From contig JBPGPT010000037.1 in the NCBI GenBank assembly GCA_051047955.1, forward strand, positions 62,001-126,000: a stretch of DNA of 64,000 nt. Direction: 5' to 3'. The notes under the pieces were generated by a model. The model was not told the DNA's origin and ran no database searches. It saw nothing but the letters and a program-made list of their open reading frames with translations. This stretch comes from Cystobasidiomycetes sp. EMM_F5 (lineage: Eukaryota). Shown piece by piece: positions 1-12,885 of this stretch (position 1 is the first letter of the stretch; every line of letters starts with the position of its first letter). Both the position numbers and the translations under genes were made by a program.

Positions 1-699
1 GGTAAAATCGAGCTCGAGAAGCACCACATGTAAGTGTGGGCATTTGCACATCTATATGGGGCTGAGCTCAGATTTGTACACAGTCCTCCAAACGCAATGA
101 TCTTCGGTCAATCTGGAGCCGGCGGCTTCTATCAGTGTGGCGATGCCTCCAAAGGCGAAAAAGTGACAATGTGGAGTGTTATGATGCGCATACCTGAGCG
201 GGACCGAGCTGGGTGGAAGGAATTTGTTGATTCTGGCGAAGCTCTGGAAACGGCGAAGGAAAGAATCAAGGGCTGGGGTTCACCGATGGAGACTCTACTT
301 CAGACAACCGATAACGCAAGCTGTACGCTTTGGCCGTTCTACTGGGTACCTAAGCTTCCGCACTGGCATAGCGGGCGATGCGTTCTTATGGGTGATGCAG
401 CTCATGCGATGCCGCCGTTTGCAGGACAAGGGACAGCGCAAGCACTTGAAGACGCGATGGTTCTCAGCCGTATTTTCACAGAGGGCGGGACTTTCGAAGC
501 GTACGAGCGGGAACGGTGCAAGCGGACAGAAGGGATCAGGACAATGACTTCTGTCGCTGGCGCATGGTTTCAACCGACGGACAGCTGGCTGGCGTATAAC
601 TTCAAGATGTATTCCCTCATGCTGACCATTCCATATAGTACGTGGAGGGGAAATGACGGGATATACAATTATGACGGCGCAATTGTGCCTGTCCAATAG
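1..699 (+). CDS. FAD-dependent monooxygenase (salicylate hydroxylase/zeaxanthin epoxidase-like), 5' truncated by the window edge
   Basis: GDAAHAMPPFAGQGTAQALEDA flavin-monooxygenase motif. Intron about 30-83 (gtaagt...cag). TAG at 697-699. Confidence 0.85.
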
Positions 700-901
700 C
701 TTCGGAGAGATCACGTCGCCTGCGCATAATCTGTTGTTGCAACATTACGTACATGTCTTTCCTCAGACGTCTGCTCATATTTTTCGCGGAGTTCGGGCTG
801 CACTCCGGAAGACCGGTCATGACCGGCTGCCATAAAATCAGTACAACCTTAACATTTCGCCAATCAAGTCGCGCGACTGAGCTGAGCTCCTTCCTGCATC
901 C

Positions 902-2303
902 ATGAATCGTCTTGTAAACGGCCTGCAGCCTGGGCTACGGGCCAACAAAGGCTTCCAGGCGCTCGCTCAGCAAGGTAGCCGGTATGCATCAACATCTGCG
1001 CACGGCGTCGAATCTTGCGGAGTCATCGGGGCTGGTCAAATGGGCCTGGGTATTGCATATGTTGCTGCAAGAGTAAGTCGTGTGCACATTGACGCTGTTT
1101 GTCAGATGATTGACTTGCCTACCGCAGTACGCGAAAGTGGACGTGCATCTGGTTGAAGCATCTCAGCCGGCTCTCGCCAAAGCGCTACAGAAGCTAGGTA
1201 TATAGTGCTACTTGAAAGCTCCCCACACAGTGTGTCTCACGCTCGTCTCCGTACAGACGCTTTATTATCGAAAGACGTCAGCAAGAAGAACATCACATCC
1301 GATGAAGCCGAGGCAATCAGACAACGCATCAAGCCCGTCAACAGCATACAGGCTTATGCAGAACGAGAAGTCCAACTCGTTATGGAAGCGGTCTCGGAAT
1401 CCTTGCCGGTCAAACAGAGAGTCTTCAGTGAACTCGCAACGCATTGCTCGCCGAGCACAATTCTGGCTACAAATACCTCTAGCATCTCCATTGCTAGAAT
1501 AGCTGCGAGCGCGTGCAGCTCTTCCGCTACCTCTGAAGAAAAGCAGACAAGTGCGAGCAGGGTCATTGGGCTGCACTGGATGCAACCTGTCCCGGTAATG
1601 AAGCTCGTCGGTAGGTAATTGTCACCAGCGTCGCCATCCCTGACACTAATGTGTGCGTATCAGAATTGATACCGTGCGTACAGACCAATGAGGAAGTCTT
1701 GCGGCGTAGCAAAGCATTCGCGGAGACGTGCGGCAAGCAGGTGACGACGAGCGCTGATACGCCAGGTTTGCCCCATACGTTCCTCAAAAGGTATAGGCAA
1801 CCTCTCATATCGATACATTCACAGGTTTCCTTGCGAACCGTATTCTTCTACCATACATCAACGAGGCCATCATTTGCCTGGAAACAGTACGTCCAACATG
1901 CAAACATCCGTCGTGTGAGCACTGATGTGATTTGGCATCTTTACTCTGCAGGGTGTGGGTAATCGCGAAGATCTGGATACTACCGCCAAATTGGGTTTTG
2001 GACATCCCATGGGTACGTGCCTTGAACATGCATTGGCCCTCCGTATCAGGCCACACTGACAGTCTTGAACAGGGCCGCTCACTTTGGCTGATTTTATTGG
2101 CTTGGATACGTGTTTAGCTATCATGCAGACCCTCTACTCCGAGTTTGTGGCTACTACAGCGAATCATTGACACGCAGCTGATTCTATGGTATGGTAGGAC
2201 TGGTGACTCGAAGTATCGACCGTCAATTCTGCTCGGTCGCATGGTAGATGCTGGCCTTCTCGGCAGGAAAAGCGGCAAAGGCTTCTTCGAATATTCTAAA
2301 TGA
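902..2303 (+). CDS. 3-hydroxybutyryl/3-hydroxyacyl-CoA dehydrogenase, probably mitochondrial; multi-exon
   Basis: [13 protein letters not shown]ossmann motif, [44 protein letters not shown], and [13 protein letters not shown] ending at TGA 2303. Arg/Ser-rich N-terminus resembles a presequence. Confidence 0.92.
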
Positions 2304-2547
2304 GATGGTTGAAGAATGACAGCATGATACCTCAAACGACAAGAAGGTCGTGTCAATGAGGCCTATCAGGCTGTGTGAGAGTGTTGAGTATCAGCTAGAT
2401 AGTCCTTGTGTCCGCTGTGCGATAGGGCCAGTTCGTGCTTGTACTATAACCAACTGCATGGTCCTGCCAGCACCAGACTCGCAACGTTGAGCCGCGCAGC
2501 AGGCAAGCAATTCCACCAAGCACGACATCAGAGTACGCTGTATCAGG

Positions 2548-3291
2548 ATGGAGCACGTCAGCGTATTTCAGGACTGCACCAAGCTGGAGGGAGAGGGAAA
2601 TTACCTCGACTGGGCATTCGAGGTCCAGACACTTCTGATGGGCTATGGTCTGTGGAAACACGTCGAAGTACAAGCTGCACCACTACCCCCCGAACCCTCG
2701 TCTGCCCTCACTTACACCGACAAGGATAGGGAAACCCTCGTTTACATCAGGCTGTGCTGTTCCCCATCGCAGTACCCCTATTCGCACGGCTAAGTCAGGG
2801 CGGGAATCGAAGCGTGGGCGGCGTTAGACAAACAACATGTCTCTCCAGCTTTGCGACTGAGGAGGAGGGTTGCCTACTTTTCGATGCGCCAGCGGAGTGA
2901 CGAAGCCATCACGGACTTTGTAGCCAGGATCCGAGACGAAGCAACAACTTTGGAGCGGATGGGAAGCACCGTGGATGACGAAGGGAAAGTCATAGTCCTC
3001 CTTAACGGTATGGCCGAGAGCTACAGACCTGCAAAGGGCATCACCTACGCTCATGCAAACCGCAATAATCGTGGCCCCACTTTCGACGAATGTGTCTGCA
3101 TCATTGACACCCTTCAGTTCCTCAGATTGGGCAATAGTAATGACACTCCCACTTCCGTCTTTGTGGCACAATCTCGACGAGGAAGAAGACGACGAAGAGG
3201 TGCGATACAAATACACGCCTCCTCCCATAGCAACACTTATAACAACCAAGGCCGTCATACATCATCGCAACTCTCTATATACAACTCGTAG
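2548..3291 (+). mobile_element. Degenerate Ty1/copia-type gag (DUF4219/UBN2-like) relic, no pol
   Basis: KLEGEGNYLDWAFEVQTLLMGYGLWKHVE, EAWAALDKQH and ITDFVARIRDEATTLERMGSTVDDEGKVIVLLNGMAESY resemble copia gag. In-frame TAA at 2791-2793. No conventional introns. Confidence 0.72.
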
Positions 3292-6143
3292 GATGCAGAA
3301 TGGCCTGCAATCGCAGATGGGAAAGGTATTCGCTTATGCAGCGTATAGGGACGACTCGTATCAAGCGGTTTGATGGCGACCGGGCTGTTCAGGCTCTCCG
3401 TCTTTAGCTGGACAATGTATGCGTACAATTTACCGAGATGAGCTCCCGGGCCACCTTGAGCACTCTCGCGATAACGAAGTTGCGTGACCGCTTGAGCTCC
3501 GAGCTGCCGGGCTGCATACTGCAGTAACTGCACTGCACACAGCAGCTGGGCATGTAATCGCTCTGTATACCTCGACTCAGTAAGAGCAGCTGGTTCCGTC
3601 AAGGGAATGAGCCCAAAACTTGACCGTTCAAACTTTGTGTTCGACTCACGAGTCGGAAAAATGGATACTACCAACTGTCGACTCGAATTTACTCTTTGAC
3701 GTGTCTCCGGTGATGGCGTAAGCGAAACATCGACGAGCTTGGCACGGTTGACATCCTGCAGTTCAAGAGTCCGCTGCACAGCTATGTGTCGGCTGGCTTC
3801 GCACTCTTCGACAATGTGACGAAGCATGCTAACCACGTCATTCCCAGCATGTAGAGCTTGCCCATCATTCTGTGGCGACGGTATCGAAACTTGCGGAGCA
3901 AGGCGTTATTCGCTGATTATAACACACGATGGTCCTGGCGTACCTAAAGGCGGAGAAAACAAATCCGCCGTCATTGGCGTCTTGGCTTTGTTCCTTTCAG
4001 CTGCTAGCGCTCGTGCCTCCGTTTCCGCAGCCATCTGAGCTTGTAGTTGTTCGGCATGGCGGATACCATCCAGTGTTTGCGCAAGTGATGATTCGGGATG
4101 CTCCTGCTGATATTTATGTAAGAGATGATCGTACCCTGCCATTCTTGGTCCGCCCCGACTGAGGTGCTGCAGATACAAGTGCACTTGCTGGCCTGTAAGA
4201 GATTTGAGCTTCGACGTGGTCTCCCAACTACCGTTTCACGCACGCTCTTCATTCCTCATCGACTGTGAAGGCATCGGCGATGCCTGATGAAGAGGAGACC
4301 CGCTTGGCGTTGCTTTAGTTGTTTTTGCGGTCGCGATAGGGCTAGAATGCGCAACGGCTGATGAGCCATGTGGTGCCTGGAGAGGTGTCGCATGAATGGG
4401 AGACGCTGACGCAAGAACAGGCGTTGCTTGACTTGGCGCAGGGCTTCTTGTAGCCTGGACCTGCGCAAGTGCTTCTTTGACTTTAGCTTCTGCTCAAAGC
4501 AGGCCACGTCAGCTATGTATTGGGCCCTTCGAGTTTAATCATACCGTGCGAAGCTCTCATTTCGGCAGCTTGCCGTTGCACTTGCTGCCCAAAATCTAAT
4601 GCCCGTGAATTGAGCCTCAGTATTTCACTGCAGAACAGACGCAATAGCATACCTCGCTGCCTCTCCGCAACTGACTGTGTATGCTGCTCGGCCATCTTTT
4701 CATATTCCAGCTTCTCAAGCAACAAGCGTTGGTCGCGCTCGACCTGCTTTCGCTCTTCTTCAACTTTCCATACTTGCATCGCGATTGCCCGTGCATTAGC
4801 GCTTTCAGCCTTATTCATGCGACGTTTTTCGTCCTTGCTCTTGATGGCATTCTTGATGGCATCCCGTTCGGCTTTGGCTTCTGCAAGCGACTGAGAAGCC
4901 GATCGCAACTTGGCCGATGAGGTAGTCGAGATATCGCTGACTGCCGGCGAAGTAAGTAGAGACACACTTCCCGGAGTCTGAGTTTGGCCAATTGATGGAC
5001 CGCGTTTCAGTAAGGTCGAGCTGTTGGAAAGAAAGTCAAGACAGTAAAACATTAACGCCGACGCACGCACTACGGCTGTGCCGCAAACAGTGGCTCGTCG
5101 TTGAAATGTAAATTTGTCGAACTTCATCACAATCAGCTTGCGCGCTTCGATTCCGGAATGCCTGACATACTTCGCTTCGGCGTAAGCTGACAATGGAGTC
5201 TGCCTACTATTCGGATCAGCCTGTGTGCCATGGGAGGGCTTGGTGATGGTATACTGACATGGAAGACCGTGACATGGTTGACGGGGTAGCGACGTTACGA
5301 TACTGCACTTCACGTTTGATGTCCGCGATGGCATCAGCTAGCTTCTGCCGTACATCTCCCACATCTAAGGGCGAGCTCCTGTCGTTAAGATGTCTCATCA
5401 GCTCTTCTAGACGCTTCATTTGTTGGTCAAGCTTGTCGTGCGGCACGCTTTCATCCAGAGATAGCGAAGAAAGGGATGCAAACGATGAGGTACGACTGCG
5501 CGGAACAAGAGGCGTGAGAGCTGGAGCATTCGCACTGGACAGAGTCGAGATGACACTGTCGGACCGCGAACGACTTGGTTGGAAGGCAGATCGTACACTA
5601 CTGCCACTCGGTCTGCAATGCGGTCGATGGTCAGGAATTATCACCTCAAACGTATGGGGCTTATCTTACGAAGCTTGCGATACCTTCTGTGAGGTACCGA
5701 AAAGAGCTTGCATGCCGTCTTCTGGAGCAACGGAAGATTCTGAAAGTCGACGTGGCGTACGTGCAGGCGAAGCCGGTGCCATTTCAGTGCTTGTAGATGT
5801 CGAGGAGAGCTTGGGGCTGTTCCCGAAAAGAGCTATGCTGGCATAGGGACTATCCTTTTGTGACAGGTTAACGGCATTCAGGCCTGCACGAAACGGAGAC
5901 GATGGGCTGCCAAATGATTCTGTGGAACGTAGTCTACATCAGCAGGACTGTAACATACTGCAGAGCGGTCTCAGTCTTGCCCTTGAAAAACGGCGAGTTT
6001 TCAAAACTAGTGTCGGGAATCGTTGGAGTCCTGCCGGTAGCATGCGCCGATGGTCTGCGCGAATGGCCTCGGCGTACGCTCGCAGTGCCTACGAGACCTC
6101 TGGGACTGGTCGGGACAGCCGTCTGCTGTTCTTGCTCGGGCAT
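3255..6143 (-). CDS. Hypothetical multi-exon S/P-rich and coiled-coil protein; C-terminal segment resembles the YbjQ/UPF0145 fold; 5' end uncertain
   Basis: Minus-strand ORF pieces (5934-6143, 5216-5644, 4513-5040, 3906-4184, 3255-3836) appear joinable by GT-AG introns; not every junction was resolved. Heptad-rich segment LAEAKAERDAIK...EEERKQVERDQRLLLEKLE. Confidence 0.55.
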
Positions 6144-6680
6144 AGTGTGGTTGCGAAGGTACGGTACAGAAGTCAGAGGGATAGGGCTTTCTAGGGCACC
6201 GCGACGGAGCCTGACAGCAACCTCAGCGGTAGGGTCAGCGGGTCATTGACAGTGACCTGCCCGTCCTGTGAGAGGTCAGCTCAACTCAACAAGCAGAGGG
6301 TAATTCAGTCTGGCGTCAACGAGTTGAGGCGTCAGTCTATCCGTCAGCCGAGCGGCCGCTTGCAGTCTTTGGCCCAGCGTCTTTGGTCATTCTCAGGTCG
6401 TTGAACGCATAGAATATAATGCAAAGCAGGTCTGCGACTTCCTTCCTCAGGTTGTATGGTCATGTTTGCTGCCGTCCAAGTTGCGGCAGTCTCACGAGCA
6501 AAAGCTTGAGACCAATTTTCAGGTTTTCTCCACTACTATTGTCGCAGACAACAAGGCTTCCATGACGGTGTATAAAAGGTGTCATAATCGCTGCGTTACC
6601 CTAATGCGCGTAGTATCGATATATATATGATACATTTCCACTTCCCTTCCTTTGCAGCCACCTTTTCTTATCAGATCTGA

Positions 6681-9600
6681 CTAGCAAGCTGTCGGAAGCA
6701 CTGAGCCTCCAGCACCTCCCCATGCATCAGGATACTTGCAACCTCTGATGGGCGTGAAGTACGCTGATGTAAGAACGGGAGTGTGCAGAGCGGGTTTAGT
6801 GATGCTGGGAGAAGCTGTCACAACAAGCGAGGGTGCTGTCGCAGTGTAAGTCGGCAAGTCATCCACGTTTAGGGCTGGAGGGATGGTCGAAACGCCCATA
6901 TTCTGTATAGTGGCTGGTGGCCATTGCCCGTACGTGCTTGTCTGCGCTGCATCGATCTGCCCGTTCCCGCCGCCTGTCGCTGATGCTGCTAAGGCTCCAG
7001 CATACGGAATCTGTGGAGGCGGAATGTTTTGATACTTGGCTGCTAAGTTGTAGCATGCACCGCGATGGGCTCGAGGATCTTTCGGAATGTAGCCAAGGTC
7101 AAGACCCAGGGAGTAACTCCATGATGGATTGGGCACAGTGCCTGTCCTATCAGACGTGCCAATCTTCCAAGTCCAAAAGAACCAATTCTGCAGCTTACGC
7201 GTTAAAAATCGTCCTCCGCAGCAGTTTCGTGCTCAGCCTACCGTAAACGAGTCCATGTACGCAAGCGCCAAATCTTGAAGCTGCGCCTTCTGTGCTGTGT
7301 TCCATCGAGATGCATCGACAAACCCGGCGCAATTACCCGTGACGTTCGGTGTTCCAGTAAAAGTGCCGTCGTACCGAACGCCTTGCCCGACTCCGTTAAG
7401 ATATTGACCACAGTCATTTTGAGCCAGAGACCATTCTCCAGCATATGTAAGGCCGAAGTTGTTCAGACTGCGATTGAACATGCCCGCCCAAAAATTACAC
7501 ACCGTTCCCACGTTCTGAATTGTAGTACGCGTGTTGGAGGCATTAAATGCTTGATAAGGATGCGAGTCGAGCACAACTCTGTCGGAACCTGCTAGATAGC
7601 CCTCCCAAACAGCCAGATTAGGATCGAAGCCATCGTGTATAGATATCAGGGGGCCTTTGCCGAGTCCGGTACCAGTGATAGAACGAATGATGTTGTACGC
7701 TTCCAGATAGAAAGCGCGAACCGTTGCAACACCAATGACCGCTGTCAGAGGCTCGTTTATAATACCGAACATCGGCACGACAGGCAGAATTTCTGGCTGA
7801 TTGATAAATTCCGTCAATACGCGGATGTAGTTGAGAGTTCGTTGCGCATTCGCAATTCCCATCACGCCATTCAAAAAGTTGACGGTGCCGAAACGGCCAG
7901 AGTGACTGTTCCCATCGTCAGCGAGATGTCTCCAATCTGCTGTTCTTGTCCACTTACTTCCATCCATTTTGCGATCCGGGAATGGTGTGCAAATCCAGAT
8001 TGATGCGAAGGCCGTACTTGCGAGCCCACACGATGGCCCTATTATACTGCATCAGCCCGAAGCGGCTGTAGCAACATTTTGTCGGCGCTCACTTCTGAAA
8101 ATAATTCCATGACACGCCTTCTAGGAAAGGCTCGCCAGACCATGTCTCGATGGCCCAATACGGCAACGAAATGCGCACCCAGCTCAAACCAGCTGCAGCG
8201 ATTCGCGCAAAGTCATATTCGGTCTTGATGCACAAAAAGTTAGCCAAGATGACTTGCGTCATTGCGGAGTACTAACTATAAACGTTTCATAGTGTTCTAC
8301 AAGAGTACTTTGCAGCTTGTCGCCTAGAGCTTGCGACAGCATCCATTCGTCAACTACAGGCGGAGAGGCCTGGCGGACGCAACATATCAGATGCCAGTCC
8401 GACAAGCTCAAATTCTTGCTACTACGTACCTTTTCGTACGGTTCAAACATTGCCGGAACGATAAAGGGCTCGAGGGTCAGCCACCCGCCCAAGTTTACAC
8501 CGTATATCGGATCGTTCGAGTAATCCCATTGCTGACTGAGTGGTTTCGTCCAAGATTGTGCTCTCGCTGAATTATTGAAGGGGTCTGAAACCCAGAACCC
8601 GCCAAAGCTATTTCTATAAGTAAACGTCGTTCCATTTGCAAGCGTCACAGACGATCCATCACCACCCCAGGTTGGCGTGGCAGTAGGGGTTGCTCCCGTC
8701 GCCGTCGCCGTTGGCGCAGGCAGATGTGAACTTTCGGAGGTGTGGCCAGCGTCGTCGTTGAGAGCTGTACCAGAGCTGCCAGTCGAAGACGTTTTGTTTT
8801 TCTGGAGGGCGACATATGCTGCTATTCCGCCAACGACTGCTGCAACGACTACGAGACCTGCGATAACCATCCACTTGCGTTTCCGCTTCGCATCTTGCTT
8901 GGAAGGCATCCAGCCATTTACTGCATATTGCCGTTCCTTTTCTCGCTTGATGGTTGCCGTATCCGGTGCGCTGTCCTGAAAACCTTGTTGAGTCGCCAGC
9001 GAGCGATATGAGCCCTTTTCGTCCATACCGCCTTGGAGACTGTCTGACGAGCTCAAAAACGGATTAGGACTGCGCGGTCCTTCCATCATTGCATAGGGAA
9101 GGCTTGGGCTGGGTACATTGTGCAGGCCGCCGTTTCGCGGAGGAGACGCAAGCGGTGATGAAGTGTCAAAGTAGCCGACACTACTGCTTCCTGAACGTTG
9201 CATTGCCTGCGAGCGACTGGAAGGACCATATGCAGGCGATGCAACCATGAGCCGCCGTGTCGAGCTGGCATCTGATGTACTAGCGCCATCTGCAAATGGC
9301 CCACTGCTGTGCGAGTACTCGCTGTATCGTCCATCTCCTGGACCTGTCAGAGGGGATGCCTCTGACCGAAAAGAATATGGTGAAGGGACTATTGGGGAAG
9401 CGTAAGCATCGTGCTGCGGATATCGGTTGTCGGGCGTGTTTAGGAAGGGCTGGATAGGGGTAAGCCGTTGTTGAGCAAGAAAAGCGGGAGGGGCGAATGC
9501 AGGATAACTATTCTGAGGAGTCGTAAAAGCAGCAATGTCCCGCTGCTGAGGCGTAGTGTACGATGGACCAAGATTTGGTGCTAAAGGCGGCAAAAAGAGC

Positions 9601-10580
9601 GCAGACGAGGATTCCGTTGAAGCACTTCGCTCTCGAGGGTCCATCCCGAATGAAGAGGTCGATGGCGAGGCTACTGGCGACTTTCGAAGTGCCAGAGGCT
9701 GGCCGTCAAAGGGCAATGCGACCGCTGCATCATGTCGCTCCTGCACGTGATTCTGCTCCGAGTTGCGTGAATCCAGGTACAAGAGATCTGAGGTCTCATT
9801 GTCGTCGCTGAAGACGCGTTGATGCTGAATGCTTGCGGGAGCGACATTCACTCCTTCGAAGGTTTGCCCTTGTGCCGCGACACCGAGCTCAGGGGACGTT
9901 GTTGGCGAAGCGAGTGGCAGTGGGTCATAGTGCTGATGTAGCGGGCGCATGTCTGGCTTGAGCTGCGCTGTAGAAGAGGATGCTATTGGAGTCGGCTGAT
10001 CAGACAGTGAGATAGTTGCGGGTCCAGACGTAAATTGTGAAGAGTTGTCGACAGAATGCCCGCTCGGCTCCTCGGCTTCGCTGGCGGTCGTGGCAACGCT
10101 GAGTACTGAGTCCACCAAAGACGCTGTAGACGGCTGCGTAGTCTGAATGGACGAGTTGCGTTGCGGCAGGATACCCAGTTTTGGAGAGCCGGACACGGAA
10201 GAACTCGGTCTGTTGCTCGCAAATGCTGGATTTGGAGGTGACAGGGGGACGCTCAAGGCGACGTCGAGGTCTGGCAATTGGAAGCAAGACATTCAGAAGG
10301 TAGACAATAACGATGATGCGGATTGCATACCCATATCAATCCATTCGAATTGGCTCGCAAGCTCCTGCGCTCGCTGTCTCGTTGAAGCCACGCTGTCGCG
10401 ATTCTTTATGTTGGTCATTCTTGACCTGGAAGCAGGCGATTGAGACGGAGTCTGAGGCGTCGCAGGATTCTCAGAGCCATTCACAGCTTCCGCGGAGGTC
10501 GCTGCTGCTCTTGAGCCAGTCTCGGCTTGATGACGGCGCTCCGGAAGTGCTCCATCATTGCCCAGCTCTGGCGCCGCCAT
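6681..10580 (-). CDS. GH5 glucan 1,3-beta-glucosidase (ExgD-like, type II membrane-anchored)
   Basis: GVNLGGWLTLEPFIVP, RINLDLHTIPGSQNGWNHSGR (spliced), acid/base INEP, nucleophile GEWS, and NWFFWTWK. TM helix WMVIAGLVVVAAVVGGIAAYVAL. Long low-complexity N-terminus. Start codon uncertain. Confidence 0.9.
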
Positions 10581-11101
10581 TAAGACTACGGTCGCCTTAT
10601 GAAGTATGTTGCCCTCCGAGCAGAGCACGAAGCCTGCGAGCTTGGATAATGTGTCACTCTTGCTGTCTTCCGCCGAGCTATTGCTGCTTCCGTGGTCGCA
10701 CCTCCGGCTCTTGCTCTTTCCTTGGTCGATGCTGTAAAGCTTCTAAGTGGTTCGCGCCAGTGACATGTATTGTACGTATTGCAGTTATTGTCCTTGCTCC
10801 CGAGCTGCGGCCCTCACAATCCCCTACTGCAGCTCGTTTGCAGGATCCAAGCCTTTACATATGATCAAGCGGTCTGTGCGGCATTCCAAAGCAGATCCCT
10901 GTAACAGTAGCTTGCTCTGCCTCAAATAGCCCAAACAGTGCACACAATTCATTGATCTTACGGCTGCGATGAGCTGATTGCAAACGAGTTACTGCTGATA
11001 AGAGACTTCTGCTCCAATAGACGCGTTCTCGCGCGCGTAAACAGCGGCTCCAGTCCCACGTGACTTTGGCTGGGTTGCAGCTCGACGCGTTCAAAGGTGT
11101 A

Positions 11102-12650
11102 TCAACTGGCCGGCAATACTGTCCCTCTACACTCTCCGAAGCCAACGCGCACTCCATCTCTGCTGCACTGTGCCCGCATTGTAACGGTATCGCCATCCTG
11201 GAGAAAAGTACGGTCCTTGCCGTTCAATTGCCAAGGCTTTCGTCCGCCCTCACACAGCTCTACGAGCGAGCCCAGCGAGTCCTAGACATCATGCAATCAG
11301 TCCTGTGCCTGTGATGCACGTCGCGTGTGGCAGGGTTGCCTTACTGCGGTCTTTCCTGAACACGTTCCCGTTGCAATCAGGTCACCTGTCTGTACAGGAC
11401 AGCCTGATGAAGCTTGATGTACCACCAGCTGCGGCATGCTCCAGTAAAAATCCTGCGCATTGATATTTCCTGCGACAATACCGCGATCGTCTCCGTTCTC
11501 GATTTCAACAGACAGGTTGATGTCCAAGGCTCTATTCGATGCAGCATACAGATAAGCCGGCTCATCTGCCAGTCTTGTTGGGAGCGGCGCTTCAAAAGGT
11601 TTGAGAGCATCGAGTGTGACTATCCAAGGTGAGACGGTCGTGCAAAAGTTCTTGCCCTGGAAAGGCCCGAGCGGCATCATCTCGTACGATTGGATATCTC
11701 TGGCAGACCAGTCATTCATGATGACTACTCCAAATATCGCATCCTCAGCCTCCTCTATCGGTATGCGGTCGCCCAGCTTTGTCGTCCTCGAGACGTAGCA
11801 TGCCATCTCGACTTCGTAGTCCAATCGTTGTGATGGTATAAAAGCAGGTTGCTGAGAGGAAGTGGACGTAAACAATGTCATCACAATGGCAGCAACAGTG
11901 CGACATACCTTTTCATCGGGTGTTGCCTTGAACTGCCCGTACGGGCGCCGAAACGGTGTTCCAGATATGACAATGCTGCTTGACCGACCGTGATAGCCTA
12001 TTGGCATCCATGGCATCTGCGGAGGTATTCGAGCATCACCCGAAACGTTTCGGCCTGCCTGTTCTCGTGAGTCTGTCAGAACGTCTCTGGCACTCGCTAC
12101 CTGCCCTTACATTCTTCATATGCTCGATGCTGCAAAGGTGCGTGGTCAGCTTCAAAGTCACGTCGAAGGGGAGGTATCTGATGCTTACGATATGCAGAAG
12201 TCTGTGTAGTCTGGAATAGGCATCGGAAGATGCGTGATGGCTTCCCCGCAAGGTATCAGCGCGTCGGTCGGAAAACTTGCCGGTTGCGCTTTCTGTGCAA
12301 AAAGACTCTGGATTGCATTGCGAACATGCCTTCTTTGCTGTACAGGCAGTGACGCAAGTGGGGCCAGTGTAGTCTATCGATTGGATTCCCTTCAGCATGC
12401 AGATAGCAGCTGTATTCGCGATAGAAATGCTTACCGCTGTCAACGTCGCGAGAGCTTCTGCATCTATCACATCATGTAAAAGCAGACCAGACTTGGCTAC
12501 AATCTTGAGATCCACTACAATATTGCCGAGTCTTGTTGCAGGGCGCGTTGTGGGATCCCTTTTCGTCGAGATCAGCCCAAACGGAACGTTGTGTATTGTA
12601 AAGTCCAGGTCCTCGTTAGCAGACTCTATCCAGGAACGCATGTTGGCCAT
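11102..12650 (-). CDS. Fumarylacetoacetase (FAH family)
   Basis: DFTIHNVPFG, DYTDF, IGYHGRSSSIVISGTP, LDYEVEMA, MNDWSARDIQSYEMMPLGPFQGKNF. Last exon RTFLQDGDTVTMR...VGFGECRGTVLPAS* ends at 11102. Confidence 0.92.
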
Positions 12651-12741
12651 GCGCCCATATCGTGAGCTGTAGTGAAGGCTTCATCATGTTTTCAAAGTAG
12701 CTGGCCGCTCGGCAAGGTGCGATCGATATATCCGGAGCCCC

Positions 12742-12756
12742 TTTCTCCGGGAGAAA
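12742..12756. promoter_or_regulatory. Perfect inverted repeat TTTCTCC-G-GGAGAAA in the divergent FAH/cupin promoter
   Basis: 7-bp arms with a 1-nt spacer and CCGG core; a second TCCGGA lies at 12731-12736. Confidence 0.4.
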
Positions 12757-12885
12757 CATCCGCCCGTCCGCTTGTAATCACAGCAACGTTGCAGCAGCTT
12801 TCGTATCCCTCTTGGGCTGTATCTGTCCTACACTTCCTTCCCTGCGCACCTGTGAAATCTGACTACTTTGCACATCCATCTTGAT

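Noticed and set aside
2295..2312. C-terminal SK-TGA of the hydroxyacyl-CoA dehydrogenase as a cryptic PTS1 by readthrough
   Set aside because: The context is TGA GAT rather than TGA CTA, and the extension would not end in a PTS1. Other enzyme stops checked also gave no PTS1.
2360..2547. Possible LTR or primer-binding site upstream of the gag relic
   Set aside because: No TG...CA direct repeat pair or convincing tRNA-complementary PBS was found by eye.
5259..5846. Long antisense ORFs mirroring real genes (also 33737-34198, 37915-38298, 58254-58802, 30824-31285)
   Set aside because: They lie opposite clear coding exons and have no recognisable motifs; such shadows are expected from codon bias.
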